The notes below the pieces were generated by a model. The model saw only the letters and a list, made by a program, of their open reading frames with translations. It made no database searches and had not been told where the DNA came from. DNA of 59,160 bases. Source: Fusobacterium sp. GTDB lineage: Bacteria > Fusobacteriota > Fusobacteriia > Fusobacteriales > Fusobacteriaceae. This document shows, piece by piece, positions 19,261 to 32,056 of the stretch (positions are counted from its first letter, which is position 1; each line of letters starts with the position of its first letter). The position numbers and the translations under genes are program-made. Location of the stretch: positions 1 through 59,160 of the forward strand of contig NZ_JARHZE010000041.1 in assembly GCF_029258315.1 (NCBI RefSeq). Reading direction: 5' to 3'.

Positions 19261-20613
19261 ATGTTAGAAAATTTAGGAAATAGATTTCAAAGTATATTCA
19301 AAAAAGTAAGAGGGCAAGGAAAATTAACTGAAAGTAATATTAAAGAAGCATTAAAAGAAGTTAAGATGTCTTTGTTAGAGGCTGACGTTAACTATAAAGT
19401 TGTAAAAGATTTTATAGGGAAGATACAAGAGAAAGCTATTGGGACAGAAGTTTTAATAGGAGTTAATCCAGGACAACAATTTATAAAAATTGTTAATGAT
19501 GAACTTGTTGAGCTTTTAGGTGGAACAAACTCAAGACTTACAAAGGGAGTTAAAAATCCTACTGTAATAATGCTTGCAGGTCTTCAAGGAGCCGGAAAAA
19601 CAACTTTTGCAGCAAAACTTGCTAATAAATTAAAAAAGGATGGAGAGAGACCATACTTAGTTGCAGCTGACGTTTACAGACCAGCAGCTATGAAACAATT
19701 AGAAGTTTTAGCTAATCAAATAAATGTTCCAGCTTATATAGATGAAACAAATAAAGATGCAGTTGATATTTGTAGAAGAGCTTGGGCTAATGCAAAATCC
19801 CAAGACTATACATATATGATAATAGATACGGCGGGAAGATTACACGTAGACGAAAGTTTAATGGAAGAACTTGCTGAGATTAAAAAAGTAGTAAGACCAC
19901 AAGAGATTTTATTAGTTGTGGATGCTATGATAGGACAAGATGCTGTTAATTTAGCAAAAAATTTCAATGATAAAATAAGTATAGATGGAGTTGTTCTTAC
20001 AAAATTTGATGGAGACACAAGAGGTGGAGCTGCACTTTCTATAAAAGCTGTCGTTGGAAAACCAATAAAATTTGTTGGAGTAGGAGAAAAAATTGGAGAC
20101 TTAGAACTTTTCCACCCAGAAAGATTAGCTTCAAGAATCTTAGGAATGGGAGACGTTGTTTCTTTAGTTGAGAAAGCTCAAGAAAGTATAAGTGCTGATG
20201 ATGTGAAATCTCTTGAAGAAAAAATCAAGACACAAAAATTTGATTTAGAAGATTTCTTAAAACAACTACAAACAATAAAAAGAATGGGACCTCTAGGAAG
20301 TATATTAAAAATGATTCCTGGAATGGGAGATATTGGAGATTTAGCTCCTGCTGAAAAAGAAATGAAAAAAGTAGAAGCAATTATCCAATCAATGACAAAA
20401 CTAGAAAGAAAAAAACCTGAAATCCTTAAAGCTGAAAGAAAACAAAGAATAGCTAAGGGAAGCGGAACAGATGTATCTGATGTTAATAAACTTTTAAAAC
20501 AGTTTGAACAGATGAAGGGTATGATGAAAATGTTAAGCTCTGGAAAGATGCCTAATTTTGGAGCAGGATTTCCAAAAATGCCAATGGGAAAAAATGGAAA
20601 AAGATTTTTTTAA
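19261..20613 (+). CDS. ffh: Signal recognition particle protein
   Basis: 'GLQGAGKTT', 'DTAGR', 'TKFDGDTRGG', Met-rich M domain. Confidence 0.99.
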   Translation: MLENLGNRFQSIFKKVRGQGKLTESNIKEALKEVKMSLLEADVNYKVVKDFIGKIQEKAIGTEVLIGVNPGQQFIKIVNDELVELLGGTNSRLTKGVKNPTVIMLAGLQGAGKTTFAAKLANKLKKDGERPYLVAADVYRPAAMKQLEVLANQINVPAYIDETNKDAVDICRRAWANAKSQDYTYMIIDTAGRLHVDESLMEELAEIKKVVRPQEILLVVDAMIGQDAVNLAKNFNDKISIDGVVLTKFDGDTRGGAALSIKAVVGKPIKFVGVGEKIGDLELFHPERLASRILGMGDVVSLVEKAQESISADDVKSLEEKIKTQKFDLEDFLKQLQTIKRMGPLGSILKMIPGMGDIGDLAPAEKEMKKVEAIIQSMTKLERKKPEILKAERKQRIAKGSGTDVSDVNKLLKQFEQMKGMMKMLSSGKMPNFGAGFPKMPMGKNGKRFF

Positions 20614-20666
20614 AAAATTATAAAAAATAAAATTAAAATATAGAAATTACAAGGAGAAGTGATTAA

Positions 20667-20927
20667 ATGTTAAAATTAAGACTAACTAGATTAGGAAGCA
20701 AAAAGAACCCAGTTTACAGATTAGCTGCTATGGAAAACTTATCAAAAAGAGATGGTAAAGCAGTAGCTTACTTAGGAAACTACTATCCATTAGAAGATTC
20801 TAAAGTAGAATTAAAAGAAGAAGAAATCTTAACTTTCTTAAAAAATGGAGCACAACCTACAAGAACTGTAAAATCTTTATTAGTTAAAGCTGGAGTTTGG
20901 GCAAAATTTGAAGAATTAAAAAAATAG
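20667..20927 (+). CDS. rpsP: 30S ribosomal protein S16
   Basis: 'MLKLRLTRLG.KKNPVYR...RDG...GAQPT.TV'. Confidence 0.98.
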   Translation: MLKLRLTRLGSKKNPVYRLAAMENLSKRDGKAVAYLGNYYPLEDSKVELKEEEILTFLKNGAQPTRTVKSLLVKAGVWAKFEELKK

Positions 20928-20956
20928 TTTCAAATTCAAAAAATTTGAATTAAATT

Positions 20957-20983
20957 AAGGCAGCCTTAAGGTTGCCTTTTTTT
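20957..20983 (+). terminator. rpsP terminator
   Basis: AAGGCAGCC/GGTTGCCTT plus T-run. Confidence 0.8.
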
Positions 20984-21062
20984 ATAAAAGCACAAGATAG
21001 AAATTTAAAAGAAAATATGCTATAATTATAAAAGTTTATTAAAGTATATTATGGAGGAAAGA

Positions 21063-23231
21063 ATGGAAAAAATTTTCGATATTATTAGTAAAGAACTTAA
21101 TATAAAAGTCCCTCAAATAGAAAATACAGTAAAACTTTTAGATGAAGGAGCAACAGTACCTTTTATATCTAGATATAGAAAGGAAGTTACTGGAAACCTT
21201 GATGAGAATCAAATAGGAGATATTTTAAAATCAATTACTTACTTAAGAAATCTTGAAAAAAGAAAAGAGGAAGTAATTGGTCTTATTGAAGAGCAGGGAA
21301 AGCTAACAGAAGAGTTAAGAAAAAGTATAATGGATTCTTCAAAACTTCAAGAGGTTGAAGATTTATATCTACCTTATAAAAAAAGAAGAAAAACAAAAGC
21401 TGATATTGCTATTGAAAAAGGATTGGAACCATTAGCCCAATTTGTTTATTTAACGAAAGATCTTACTCAAATAGAAAAAGAGGCTACAAAATATATAACT
21501 GAAGAGGTAACTTCTATAACTGAAGCTATAGAAGGAGCAAAATTAATAATAGCTCAAGGAATATCAGAAAATGCTAGTTACAGAGAAGAGATAAGAAATA
21601 TATTATTAAAAGACGGAATTATAACTTCTAAAAATACTAAAAAATCTGCTGAACTTGATGAGAAAAAAGTTTATGGAGATTATTATGAGTATAGTGAAAA
21701 TATAAAAACAATATTATCTCATAGAATATTAGCTTTAAATAGAGGAGAAAAAGAGGACATACTAAATGTTTCAATAAAAGTTGATGACATTGTAAGAGAA
21801 AGAATAGAAAATAGTATTCTTAAAAAAGAATTTAACAATTTAGAAATAAAAGAATTCCTTTTAGAAATAATAGTTGATTCATTAGATAGATTAATACTTC
21901 CTTCTATTGAAAGAGAAGTAAGAAATATTTTAACTGATAAAAGTGAAGAAGAAGCTATTAATATATTTAAAGAAAATTTAAAAAATTTATTATTACAACC
22001 ACCATTAAAAGAGAAAAATGTTTTGGGACTTGATCCAGGGTATAGAACAGGGTGTAAGGTAGCTGTTGTAGATAAAAATGGTTTTTATGTAACTAACGAT
22101 GTGTTCCATCTTGTCGAAGGAATGGATAGTCCAAAACAATTGGAAATATCTCGTGAGAAACTTTTAAAATATTTAGATAAATATGAGATAGATATAGTTT
22201 CAATAGGAAATGGAACTGCTTCAAGAGAAACAGAAAGTTTTGTTGCTAATGTTATAAAAGAAAATAGCAAAAAAGCTAAGTATGTTATAACAAATGAAGC
22301 TGGGGCATCAGTTTATTCGGCATCAAAGTTGGCTAATGAAGAATTTCCAGATTTAGATGTTACAGTTAGAGGAGCTATATCAATAGCTAGAAGAATACAA
22401 GATCCATTAGGAGAACTTGTTAAAATAGACCCTAAATCAATAGGTGTTGGAATGTATCAACACGATGTAGATCAAAAAAGATTAGCTGAATCTCTAGAAG
22501 AAGTTATAGCTTCTGTTGTAAATAGTGTTGGTATAAATGTCAATACAGCTTCTTGGGCATTATTAGAACATGTTTCTGGTGTTAAGAAAAATATAGCTAA
22601 AAATATAGTAGAATACAGAAAAGAAAATGGAAATTTTAAAAATAGAAAGTCACTATTAAAAGTTAAAGGTTTAGGAAATAAAGCTTATGAACAAATGGCA
22701 GGATTTTTAATAATAGAGGATGGAGAAAATGTATTGGATAATACAATAATTCACCCAGAGTCATATGGCATAGCTGAAGAAATTTTAGAGAAAAACAATA
22801 TTTCTTTAAAAGAGTATAAAGAAAATTTAGCGGATAGTAGAGAAAAGTTGAAAGTTTTTAAATATGAGAATTTTGCTAATGAAAAAGGTTATGGAAAAGA
22901 AACTGTAAAAGATATATATGAGGCTCTAATAAGAGATAGAAGAGACCCTAGAGATGAATTAGAAAGACCTCTTTTAAAATCAGATATATTAAAAATGGAA
23001 AATTTACAAATAGGAATGGAATTAGAAGGAACAGTAAGAAATGTTGTAAAATTTGGAGCTTTTGTTGATATTGGATTAAAAAATGATGCTCTTTTACACA
23101 TATCTGAAATTTCTGATAAATTTATAAAAGATCCAAGTGAGGTTTTATCAGTTGGACAGATAATAAAAGTTAAGGTTAAAGAAATTGATACTGCTAGACA
23201 AAGAGTTGGCTTAACTAGAAAAACTAAGTAA
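21063..23231 (+). CDS. tex: Tex transcriptional accessory protein (S1 domain)
   Basis: 'GATVPFISRYRKE', 'GLDPGYRTGCK', 'IGVGMYQHDV', C-terminal S1; start 21063 follows SD GGAGG. Confidence 0.96.
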   Translation: MEKIFDIISKELNIKVPQIENTVKLLDEGATVPFISRYRKEVTGNLDENQIGDILKSITYLRNLEKRKEEVIGLIEEQGKLTEELRKSIMDSSKLQEVEDLYLPYKKRRKTKADIAIEKGLEPLAQFVYLTKDLTQIEKEATKYITEEVTSITEAIEGAKLIIAQGISENASYREEIRNILLKDGIITSKNTKKSAELDEKKVYGDYYEYSENIKTILSHRILALNRGEKEDILNVSIKVDDIVRERIENSILKKEFNNLEIKEFLLEIIVDSLDRLILPSIEREVRNILTDKSEEEAINIFKENLKNLLLQPPLKEKNVLGLDPGYRTGCKVAVVDKNGFYVTNDVFHLVEGMDSPKQLEISREKLLKYLDKYEIDIVSIGNGTASRETESFVANVIKENSKKAKYVITNEAGASVYSASKLANEEFPDLDVTVRGAISIARRIQDPLGELVKIDPKSIGVGMYQHDVDQKRLAESLEEVIASVVNSVGINVNTASWALLEHVSGVKKNIAKNIVEYRKENGNFKNRKSLLKVKGLGNKAYEQMAGFLIIEDGENVLDNTIIHPESYGIAEEILEKNNISLKEYKENLADSREKLKVFKYENFANEKGYGKETVKDIYEALIRDRRDPRDELERPLLKSDILKMENLQIGMELEGTVRNVVKFGAFVDIGLKNDALLHISEISDKFIKDPSEVLSVGQIIKVKVKEIDTARQRVGLTRKTK

Positions 23232-23258
23232 TGTGGTAATATTGGCAAGGAGTGAAAT

Positions 23259-25658
23259 ATGAAGATAGACAAAAGCTCAATAGTTTTTAAAATAATATTT
23301 TATACCAATATTGCTATAATTTCGTCTTCCATAGTTGTAGCTTCAATAATAACTTTTATTACTTTTCAAGATATGGAAGCTAAACTTTTAAATACGGCAA
23401 AAGAAAAAGTTTTTATTCTGGAAAAAGCTCATATGAATTATATATTTAATATGAGGGGAGATATAACTCAGATTTTATTAAAAAATGGAGACTTTTGTAG
23501 AAATTTAGAAAAAGTAAATTATGAAAGTTTTAGTCGGATATTAAAAGAAGAATTAATAAGAAATGATTTTAGAAAATACTATCAAATAGAAATAGCTCTT
23601 TTTGATAAAAAAGGAAGAATTTTAGGATATAGTGGAGATAATATTTTTGAGGATGAGTTACTTTTTACTTCTGAAGATTTTGATAGAATAATAAAAACTA
23701 AAAAATATTATACTGTAAAATCAGGAAATGAACTTTATTCTAGAATTATACTTCATAATGATATGTTTAAAGAGGAAAAAGATAATGGTTATATAGTATT
23801 ATCAGTACCATTAAATAATAATATTTTAAGATATATGAGAGAATACATAGAACTTTCAAGTTCAGATAAGATTTTCATATTATCAAGCACAGATTATTTA
23901 TATGGTGATTTCAAAAAGAAACCTAAAGAAAAAGTCTTTTTATTGAAAAATCAAGGTGACAATGTATATAAATATTCTTATAGAAATATAGAAATAAACG
24001 AAAAACCTTACTACATAGTTACAAGTACCTTAAATGATATTGATCAAAAAAATGTACTTGGATACTTAGGGGTAGGGATTTCTAGAGAAAATTTTTTAAA
24101 AACTAAAATTATTATTGCTATTTTTATAGGAATTATGGTATTATCTTTTGTAACAATAGCGACTACTTTTTTTAGTAAAATTTTAAAAAGTATGCTTCTA
24201 CCACTTAATAAAATATCAAATGCTGCAGAAGAAATAAGCAATGGAAATTATAATACTATAATAGATTTTGACGGAATAGGTGAAGTTAAACTTTTAGAAG
24301 TATCTTTAAAGGGAATGTTAAAAAAATTAGAGGATAACCAAAGAACCTTAAAGATAAGAAATAAAAAACTAAAAGAAAACTTAAAGAAGATGAAATCGGT
24401 TGAAGAACTAATATTATCTTTAGAGACAGAAAGTGATATAAAAAATATAGTGAGAAAAATAATGAAAACTTTTGTTTCCGAAGCGGATTTAGGATTTATG
24501 AGAGGAATGTTCTTTAGATATAGTCGTGAAAAAAATGTTTTTATTGGTGAAATGTGTTTGTTGAATAATCATATAACAGAGATAAGAAACGATATATTAA
24601 AAGAAAGAAAAAATGGTTTTGAATTTCAAACTACACAGTTAGAAGATGTAATAAAATTAATAAAAATACCATTCTCGGAAGAAAATTTCATTTCTGAATC
24701 TTTTAAGAAAAAACAAAGTAATTATGTAAATGATAAGGCTTATAAATACAATTTAGGAAATGATCTTTTTAATACAATTGGACTTAAAAACTTTGTGGCA
24801 ATTCCTATTTATAATATAGATTACTATTCTGGAGTTATGCTTTTTGATTATTATACTAAAGATAAAGAAATAACAGAAGAGGACATAGAGCTTATTAAAA
24901 TTCTTGTTCTAAATGTTACAACTAAGTTAAAAAATAAAGTTGAAGAAAAAGAAAGAATAGAGGAAGAAAGAAATAGGACAATAAATAATATAACTGAGAG
25001 ATTTTTAACAACCAGAGAAGAAGCTTTAAATAAATTGGTTAGTTTAATGCAAGAAAAAGATAATATTGACTTAGAAGAATTAGCAAATGAGATACAAGAA
25101 TTTAAGTCAAAAGTTAAAAATATAAAATATTCAAATAAAATATTAAAACAATATTCAAATCCGTCTGATAGAAAAAAATTAGAACCTGTTAATATAGAAC
25201 ATTTTATGGTCGAAGTGATAGGTGTATTCAGAGGAATTTTAAAAGAAGATGGAAATGAAGATAAAGTAACAATAGCATCATTTATTAGTTATACAGAAGA
25301 TGTTTTAGGAAATAGAGAAAGATTAAAAAGGGCTTTTTTAGAACTTTTAAAGAATTCTTATGATGCAGTTTTAGCTAACGAAAAAAGTGATAAAAAGATT
25401 ACAATTATAGTAACTAGGGATAAAATTGCAAATAAAATTAAAATAGAGATTAAAGATAATGGAATAGGGATGGATGAGGAGCAATTAAAATATATTTCTC
25501 AACCATTTATGACCTATAAAGGTGACACACCAGGATTAGGAATACCTTTAGTAGAAAGAGTTATAAAAGACTGTAAAGGAGTAATTAAGTTTTATTCTAA
25601 TCCTCAAAAGGGAACTGAAATAAAAATAACATTAAATATATTTAAGGAGGAGAAATAA
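23259..25658 (+). CDS. Membrane sensor, HAMP-GAF-HATPase_c, histidine-kinase-like but lacking an H-box
   Basis: Two TM segments, HAMP '[17 protein letters not shown]', N/G1/F/G2 boxes 'LLKNSYDA', 'DNGIGM', 'PF', 'GLG'. Confidence 0.8.
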   Translation: MKIDKSSIVFKIIFYTNIAIISSSIVVASIITFITFQDMEAKLLNTAKEKVFILEKAHMNYIFNMRGDITQILLKNGDFCRNLEKVNYESFSRILKEELIRNDFRKYYQIEIALFDKKGRILGYSGDNIFEDELLFTSEDFDRIIKTKKYYTVKSGNELYSRIILHNDMFKEEKDNGYIVLSVPLNNNILRYMREYIELSSSDKIFILSSTDYLYGDFKKKPKEKVFLLKNQGDNVYKYSYRNIEINEKPYYIVTSTLNDIDQKNVLGYLGVGISRENFLKTKIIIAIFIGIMVLSFVTIATTFFSKILKSMLLPLNKISNAAEEISNGNYNTIIDFDGIGEVKLLEVSLKGMLKKLEDNQRTLKIRNKKLKENLKKMKSVEELILSLETESDIKNIVRKIMKTFVSEADLGFMRGMFFRYSREKNVFIGEMCLLNNHITEIRNDILKERKNGFEFQTTQLEDVIKLIKIPFSEENFISESFKKKQSNYVNDKAYKYNLGNDLFNTIGLKNFVAIPIYNIDYYSGVMLFDYYTKDKEITEEDIELIKILVLNVTTKLKNKVEEKERIEEERNRTINNITERFLTTREEALNKLVSLMQEKDNIDLEELANEIQEFKSKVKNIKYSNKILKQYSNPSDRKKLEPVNIEHFMVEVIGVFRGILKEDGNEDKVTIASFISYTEDVLGNRERLKRAFLELLKNSYDAVLANEKSDKKITIIVTRDKIANKIKIEIKDNGIGMDEEQLKYISQPFMTYKGDTPGLGIPLVERVIKDCKGVIKFYSNPQKGTEIKITLNIFKEEK

Positions 25659-25660
25659 CT

Positions 25661-28438
25661 ATGGAAGATAAGGATTATGGAAAAACACTGAATCTACCAA
25701 AAACTAGTTTTCAAATGAAAGCTAATTTACCAAACAAAGAACCATTAATGATTAAAGAGTGGTCAAAAAACAAAATATATGAAAAAAGCATCGATGAGAC
25801 TAAACCTAGTTTTATATTACACGATGGACCACCATATGCAAATGGAAATATCCATATTGGACATGCATTAAACAAGGTTTTAAAAGATATAATTTTAAAA
25901 TATAAAAGAGCTAGAGGATTTAATGCACCTTATGTTCCTGGATGGGATACACACGGTCTTCCAATTGAATTAAAAGTAAGTGAAGAGCTTGGAGAAAAAA
26001 TGAAGACTATGTCTCCATTAGAGATAAGAGAAAAATGTACAAAATATGCTAAAAAATGGGTAGGAATCCAAAAAGAACAATTTATAAGACTTGGAATTTT
26101 AGGAGACTGGGATAATCCATATTTAACTTTAAATCCAGAGTACGAAGCAAAACAATTAGAGGTATTTGGAGAGTTATATAAAAATGGATATATCTTCAAA
26201 GGATCAAAACCAATCTACTGGTCTCCAGTAACTGAAACAGCTCTAGCTGAAGCAGAAATTGAGTACAAAGATATAAAATCTCCATCTGTTTATGTAAAAA
26301 TGAAAGCAAACCAAGATGTTTTAGATAAACTTGGAATGACAGAAGAAACATATATAGTAATTTGGACAACAACTCCTTGGACTTTACCAGCAAACGTAGG
26401 AATCTGTTTAAATGCAGAATTTGAATATGGAGTTTATAAAACAGAATTAGGAAACTTAGTATTTGCTAAAGCGTTAGCTGAAAGAGCTATGGGAGAAATT
26501 GGAATAAAAGAGTGTGAGTTAATAAAAGAATTTAAAGGACAAGATTTAGAAAAACTTACATATCAACATCCATTTATCGAGAGAACAGGAACTATCATAT
26601 TAGGAGAACACGTAACAGCTGATGCTGGTACAGGATGTGTTCATACAGCTCCAGGACACGGACAAGATGACTATGTAGTAGGAGTAAGATATGGTTTACC
26701 AATCCTTTCACCAATCAACTACAAAGGAATTTTAACTGAAGAGGCTGGAGAATTTGCAGGATTATTCTATGAAGAAGCAAACAAAGTTATTTGTAAAACA
26801 TTATTAGAAAGAGGAATAATGTTATCATACAATGAATTTGTTCACTCATATCCACATGACTGGAGATCTAAAACTCCAATAATCGTAAGAGCAACTTCAC
26901 AATGGTTCGTAAAGGCTGAAGGATCAGATTTAAGAGAGAGAGCTTTAAAAGCATTGGATAATGTTGAGTTTGTACCTGATTGGGGAAGAAACAGAATAGG
27001 TTCAATGTTAGAGAGAAGACCTGACTGGTGTATCTCTAGACAAAGAAGCTGGGGAGTACCAATTCCTGTATTCTACGTAGATGAAGAAGTTGTATTTAAT
27101 CAAGAAATATTAGATAGAGTAATCGAAATAGTTAAAAAAGAAGGATCAGCAGCTTGGGTAAAATATTCAGCTGAACAATTAATCGGAGATGAATTACTAG
27201 CTAAATATGATTTAGTTGGAAAAGAAATCGTAAAAGAGAAAAATATAATGGACGTTTGGTTTGACTCTGGAGTTTCTCATAGATCTGTATTAGAAACAAG
27301 AGGAAACTTATTACGTAGACCAGCTGATTTATACTTAGAAGGATCAGACCAACACAGAGGATGGTTCCAAACTTCTTTATTAACATCAATCGGTTCAACA
27401 TTTGACGCTCCTTATAAAAAAATCTTAACACATGGATTTGTTAACGATGGACAAGGAAGAAAGATGTCAAAATCAATTGGAAACACAGTTTCTCCAGATG
27501 ATGTAATAAAAGTTTATGGTGCCGATATCTTAAGACTTTGGTGTGCATCTGTTGATTATAGAGACGACGTAAAAATTTCTGATAACATTTTAAAACAAAT
27601 GGCCGAAGCTTACAGAAGAGTAAGAAATACAGCTAGATATATTTTAGGAAATACTTATGACTTTGATCCAACAGTAAATTCAGTTCCATATGAAGAATTA
27701 GAAGAGATTGACAAATGGGCATTACATAAATTAGAAGTACTAAAAAGAGATGTTACAGCTTGGTATGATAAATATGAGTTTTATAACTTATTCCAATCAG
27801 TTCATTACTTTGCAGGAATTGATATGTCAGCATTCTACTTAGATATAATCAAAGATAGATTATATACAGAAAAAGAAGATTCTAAAGCTAGAAGATCAGC
27901 TCAAACAGTTATGAACGAAATCTTAGTTTGCTTAGTAAAAATGATAGCTCCAATCTTATCATTTACAGCTGAAGAAATCTGGAATAGATTACCAGAACAA
28001 GATAGAGATGCTGAATCAGTTCATTTAACAAAATGGTTTGAAAATAAAGATGAGTATCTAAATGAAGAGTTAGACAAAAAATGGTCAACAGTAATCAAGT
28101 TAAGAAAATCTGTAAATAAATATTTAGAAAAAGCGAGACAAGGAGAAAATAGAATAATAGGAAATGCACTTGATGCAAAAGTAATTCTAAATACTTCTGA
28201 CGCTGAATTAAAAGAATTTATAAATACTAATAAAGATTTACTTGAAATGGTATTCATCATATCTCAATTAGAATATTCAGATGTAGCAGACGAAGGATTT
28301 GTAGCAGATGATGAGATGGAATTAAAAGTAAAAGTACTTCATGCAGATGGAGTTAAATGTGATAGATGTTGGAAATATACAACAGATTTAGATGAAGAAA
28401 CTTCTCTTTGTCCAAGATGTGCTGCTGTATTAAAATAA
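25661..28438 (+). CDS. ileS: Isoleucine--tRNA ligase (type 1)
   Basis: '[14 protein letters not shown]', KMSKS, C-terminal Zn finger 'CDRCW...CPRC'. Confidence 0.99.
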   Translation: MEDKDYGKTLNLPKTSFQMKANLPNKEPLMIKEWSKNKIYEKSIDETKPSFILHDGPPYANGNIHIGHALNKVLKDIILKYKRARGFNAPYVPGWDTHGLPIELKVSEELGEKMKTMSPLEIREKCTKYAKKWVGIQKEQFIRLGILGDWDNPYLTLNPEYEAKQLEVFGELYKNGYIFKGSKPIYWSPVTETALAEAEIEYKDIKSPSVYVKMKANQDVLDKLGMTEETYIVIWTTTPWTLPANVGICLNAEFEYGVYKTELGNLVFAKALAERAMGEIGIKECELIKEFKGQDLEKLTYQHPFIERTGTIILGEHVTADAGTGCVHTAPGHGQDDYVVGVRYGLPILSPINYKGILTEEAGEFAGLFYEEANKVICKTLLERGIMLSYNEFVHSYPHDWRSKTPIIVRATSQWFVKAEGSDLRERALKALDNVEFVPDWGRNRIGSMLERRPDWCISRQRSWGVPIPVFYVDEEVVFNQEILDRVIEIVKKEGSAAWVKYSAEQLIGDELLAKYDLVGKEIVKEKNIMDVWFDSGVSHRSVLETRGNLLRRPADLYLEGSDQHRGWFQTSLLTSIGSTFDAPYKKILTHGFVNDGQGRKMSKSIGNTVSPDDVIKVYGADILRLWCASVDYRDDVKISDNILKQMAEAYRRVRNTARYILGNTYDFDPTVNSVPYEELEEIDKWALHKLEVLKRDVTAWYDKYEFYNLFQSVHYFAGIDMSAFYLDIIKDRLYTEKEDSKARRSAQTVMNEILVCLVKMIAPILSFTAEEIWNRLPEQDRDAESVHLTKWFENKDEYLNEELDKKWSTVIKLRKSVNKYLEKARQGENRIIGNALDAKVILNTSDAELKEFINTNKDLLEMVFIISQLEYSDVADEGFVADDEMELKVKVLHADGVKCDRCWKYTTDLDEETSLCPRCAAVLK

Positions 28439-28448
28439 GGTAGACAAC

Positions 28449-28913
28449 ATGATATATTATATAATAGGAATAGTTAGTTTGGTCATTTTTGACCAACTAA
28501 CTAAATTAAAAATAGAAAATAATCTCTTTATAGGAGATACAATACCAGTAATTTCAAATTTTTTTCATATAACTTATGTTCAAAATCGTGGAATTGCTTT
28601 TGGTGTTTTTCAAGGAAAAATAAATATTATTAGTATAGTTACCATAGTAGCTATTGTAATGCTTATTATTTATTTTTTTAAAACTTTTAAAAAATCTAAT
28701 TTTTTGGAAAGACTATCTTTTATGTTTATTATAGCTGGAGCCATAGGAAATATTATAGATAGAATTTTCAGAGGATATGTAGTGGATATGTTAGATTTTA
28801 GAGGAGTTTGGGCTTATGTTTTTAACATGGCTGATGTGTATATAAATTTTGGGGTAATTTTAATCTTAATAGAAATTTTATTAAAATCAAAAAATAATAA
28901 ATCTCAAAATTAA
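28449..28913 (+). CDS. lspA: Lipoprotein signal peptidase II
   Basis: 'DQLTK', 'NRGIAFG', 'GAIGNIIDR...GYVVDM', 'VFNMAD'. Confidence 0.97.
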   Translation: MIYYIIGIVSLVIFDQLTKLKIENNLFIGDTIPVISNFFHITYVQNRGIAFGVFQGKINIISIVTIVAIVMLIIYFFKTFKKSNFLERLSFMFIIAGAIGNIIDRIFRGYVVDMLDFRGVWAYVFNMADVYINFGVILILIEILLKSKNNKSQN

Positions 28914-28944
28914 AAAATAATTATAAATAAATTGGAGGAAAAAA

Positions 28945-29820
28945 ATGACATTTCAAGAGATAATAACAACTCTTCAAAGATATTGGGGGTCTAAAGGATG
29001 TGTTTTAGGAAATCCATATGATATTGAAACAGGAGCAGGAACTTTCAATCCAAATACATTCTTAATGGCTTTAGGACCAGAACCTTGGAAGACTGCATAT
29101 GTAGAACCATCAAGAAGACCAAAAGATGGAAGATATGGAGAAAATCCTAATAGAGTATATCAACATCATCAATTTCAAGTTATAATGAAACCTTCTCCAG
29201 ATAATATTCAAGAATTATACTTAGAAAGTTTAAGACTTTTAGGAATTATACCTGAAGAACATGATATAAGATTTGTTGAGGACGACTGGGAATCACCAAC
29301 TTTAGGAGCTTGGGGACTTGGTTGGGAAGTATGGCTAGACGGAATGGAAATAACTCAATTTACATATTTCCAACAAGTTGGAGGACTAGAACTTGATATA
29401 GTTCCTGTTGAGATCACATATGGGTTAGAAAGAATAGCTCTTTACATTCAAAATAAATCAAATGTTTATGATTTAGATTGGACAGAAGAAGTTAAATATG
29501 GAGATATGAGATATCAATATGAATATGAAAATTCAAAATATTCTTTTGAATTAGCAAGTTTAGAATCTCACTTTAGATGGTTTGATGAGTATGAAGCAGA
29601 AGCTAAAAAAATATTAGATGCAGGATTAGTATTACCAGCATATGACTATGTTTTAAAATGTTCTCACACATTTAATGTCCTAGATTCAAGAGGGGCTATT
29701 TCTACAACAGAAAGAATGGCATATATTTTAAGAGTAAGAGAATTAGCAAAAAAATGTGCTGAAATTTATGTAGAAAATAGAAAGAACTTAGGATATCCTT
29801 TATTAAAGAAAAAAATATAA
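28945..29820 (+). CDS. glyQ: Glycine--tRNA ligase alpha subunit
   Basis: 'GAGTF', '[14 protein letters not shown]', 'EITYGLER'. Confidence 0.99.
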   Translation: MTFQEIITTLQRYWGSKGCVLGNPYDIETGAGTFNPNTFLMALGPEPWKTAYVEPSRRPKDGRYGENPNRVYQHHQFQVIMKPSPDNIQELYLESLRLLGIIPEEHDIRFVEDDWESPTLGAWGLGWEVWLDGMEITQFTYFQQVGGLELDIVPVEITYGLERIALYIQNKSNVYDLDWTEEVKYGDMRYQYEYENSKYSFELASLESHFRWFDEYEAEAKKILDAGLVLPAYDYVLKCSHTFNVLDSRGAISTTERMAYILRVRELAKKCAEIYVENRKNLGYPLLKKKI

Positions 29821-29864
29821 TTTTAATAATTGGAAATTAAATTAGTGAAAAAGGAGAAAAAAAT

Positions 29865-31934
29865 ATGAAGTTGTTATTTGAAATAGGAATGGAAGAAAAT
29901 CCAGCAAGATTTTTAGTAAATGCCTTAAATGATTTAAAAAATAATTTAACAAAAAAATTAAAAGATGAAAGAATAGATTTTGATAGTATAAAAACTTTTG
30001 GAACTCCAAGAAGATTAGTAATCTTAGTAGAGGGATTAGCTGAAAAACAAAATGACTTAAATGAGTTAAATATGGGACCAGCAAAAAGAGTTGCTTATGG
30101 TGAAGATGGAATGATTTCAAAAGCAGGTCTTGGATTTGCTAAATCTCAAGGAGTAGAAGCTAAAGATTTAGAAATAATAGATACACCAAAAGGAGAATAT
30201 ATAGCTGTTAGAAAATTCTCTGAAGGGGTAGCTACAAAATCTTTATTATCAGATATATTAAAAAATCTTGTATTAGAATTAGAATTCCCAAAATCAATGA
30301 AATGGGGAGATAGAAAATTCAGATTTGCAAGACCAATTCAATGGTTCTTAGCAGTTGTTGATAACGAATTAGTAAAATTTGAAATCGAAGGAATAGAAAG
30401 TGGATTAGAATCAAGAGGACATAGATTCTTTGGACAAAGATTTACTGTTTCTAGTGTAGATGATTATTTTGCTAAAATAAGAGAAAACAATGTTATCATA
30501 GATATAGAAGAAAGAAAAAGAATGATAAGAGAGATGATCGATAAGAATTGTACAGGAGAAAATGAAGTTGTATTAATTCATGAAAATCTTTTAAACGAAG
30601 TAACTAACTTAGTAGAGTATCCATATCCAATAGTTGGAACATTCAATTCAGATTTCTTAGAAGTACCTCAAGAAGTTTTAATTATATCAATGGAAGTTCA
30701 CCAAAGATATTTCCCAATTTTAGATAAAAATGGAAAATTATTACCAAAATTTGTAGTTGTAAGAAATGGTATTGAGTATTCTGATAAAGTAAAAGCTGGA
30801 AATGAAAAAGTTTTATCAGCTAGACTTGCAGATGCAAGATTCTTCTATCAAGAAGACTTAAAACAACCTTTAGTAGAAAATGTTAAAAAATTAGAAACTG
30901 TTGTATTCCAAAAAGATTTAGGAACAATAGCTGCAAAAATGAGAAGAGTTTCAAAAGTTGCAGATTCTTTAATAGATACTTTAGGATATCAAGCTGAAAG
31001 AGAAGATATTCAAAGAACTATAACTCTTTGTAAAGCAGACCTTGTTACAAATATGATAAATGAAAAAGAATTTACTGAATTACAAGGATTAATGGGAGCA
31101 AACTATGCTTTAAAATCTGGAGAAAAAGAAACTGTTTCTTTAGGAATTCAAGAACATTATTTCCCTAGATTTAAAGGAGATAACTTACCAACAACTAAAG
31201 AGGGAATAGTTACAGGAATCTGTGATAGAATAGATACATTAGTAGGATGCCTAGGTGTTGGAATCCAAGTAACTGGTTCTAAAGACCCATTTGCTTTAAG
31301 AAGAGCAGCATTAGGAATAGTAAATGTTATTATAAATTCAAACTTAAATCTTTCATTAGAAGCTTTAGTTGATAAGAGTATAGAAGTTTTAAGAGAAGAT
31401 GGAGTATTAAAGAAAGATGAAGCTCAACTAAAAAAAGAAGTTCTAGAATTCTTAAAACAAAGAGTAATCAATGTGTTTACAGATTTAGGATATAGAAGAG
31501 ATATAATTTCTGCTGTTGTTGAAAAATCTTGGGATAATGTAATTGAAACTAAGGCTGAAATAGAAGTTTTAGGTGAAGCTGTTCAAGAGGAAAACTTCAA
31601 AAAACTTATAGGAATTATAAAAAGAGTTGGAAATATAGTTAAAGATCATAAAGACATAGCTATAAGTTCTGATTTATTTAAAGAGGATGCTGAAAAAGCA
31701 TTATACTCTTATGTTGAAGATCTAGATAAAGCAACTGAAAAATTACTTTCTGAAAAAGATTATAAAGGATATTTAGGAGCAATAGTAGAGGGAGAAGAAA
31801 TTATTAATAATTACTTTAATACAGTAATGATTAATGATAAAGATGAAGCTATTAAAAATAACAGATTATCTCAAATGAAGAGATTAGATGATATTTATGA
31901 AAAAATGGCTGATTTAAACTGTATAGAAGGATAA
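29865..31934 (+). CDS. glyS: Glycine--tRNA ligase beta subunit
   Basis: 'LLFEIG.EE.P', 'TPRRL', 'GNEKVLSARLADARFF', 'GSKDPFALRRAA'. Confidence 0.98.
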   Translation: MKLLFEIGMEENPARFLVNALNDLKNNLTKKLKDERIDFDSIKTFGTPRRLVILVEGLAEKQNDLNELNMGPAKRVAYGEDGMISKAGLGFAKSQGVEAKDLEIIDTPKGEYIAVRKFSEGVATKSLLSDILKNLVLELEFPKSMKWGDRKFRFARPIQWFLAVVDNELVKFEIEGIESGLESRGHRFFGQRFTVSSVDDYFAKIRENNVIIDIEERKRMIREMIDKNCTGENEVVLIHENLLNEVTNLVEYPYPIVGTFNSDFLEVPQEVLIISMEVHQRYFPILDKNGKLLPKFVVVRNGIEYSDKVKAGNEKVLSARLADARFFYQEDLKQPLVENVKKLETVVFQKDLGTIAAKMRRVSKVADSLIDTLGYQAEREDIQRTITLCKADLVTNMINEKEFTELQGLMGANYALKSGEKETVSLGIQEHYFPRFKGDNLPTTKEGIVTGICDRIDTLVGCLGVGIQVTGSKDPFALRRAALGIVNVIINSNLNLSLEALVDKSIEVLREDGVLKKDEAQLKKEVLEFLKQRVINVFTDLGYRRDIISAVVEKSWDNVIETKAEIEVLGEAVQEENFKKLIGIIKRVGNIVKDHKDIAISSDLFKEDAEKALYSYVEDLDKATEKLLSEKDYKGYLGAIVEGEEIINNYFNTVMINDKDEAIKNNRLSQMKRLDDIYEKMADLNCIEG

Positions 31935-31967
31935 AAGGGATAGTTTATAACCTTTTAACACTTTAGG

Positions 31968-32003
31968 GAGAGAGCTATCACAAGATAGCTCTCTCTTATT
32001 TTT
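31968..32003 (+). terminator. glyS terminator
   Basis: GAGAGAGCTATC/GATAGCTCTCTC stem plus T-rich tail. Confidence 0.8.
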
Positions 32004-32056
32004 AAAATAAAATATCTTGAAAGAAAAAATGCAAGTTGTTAGTTAATATTTTTTTA

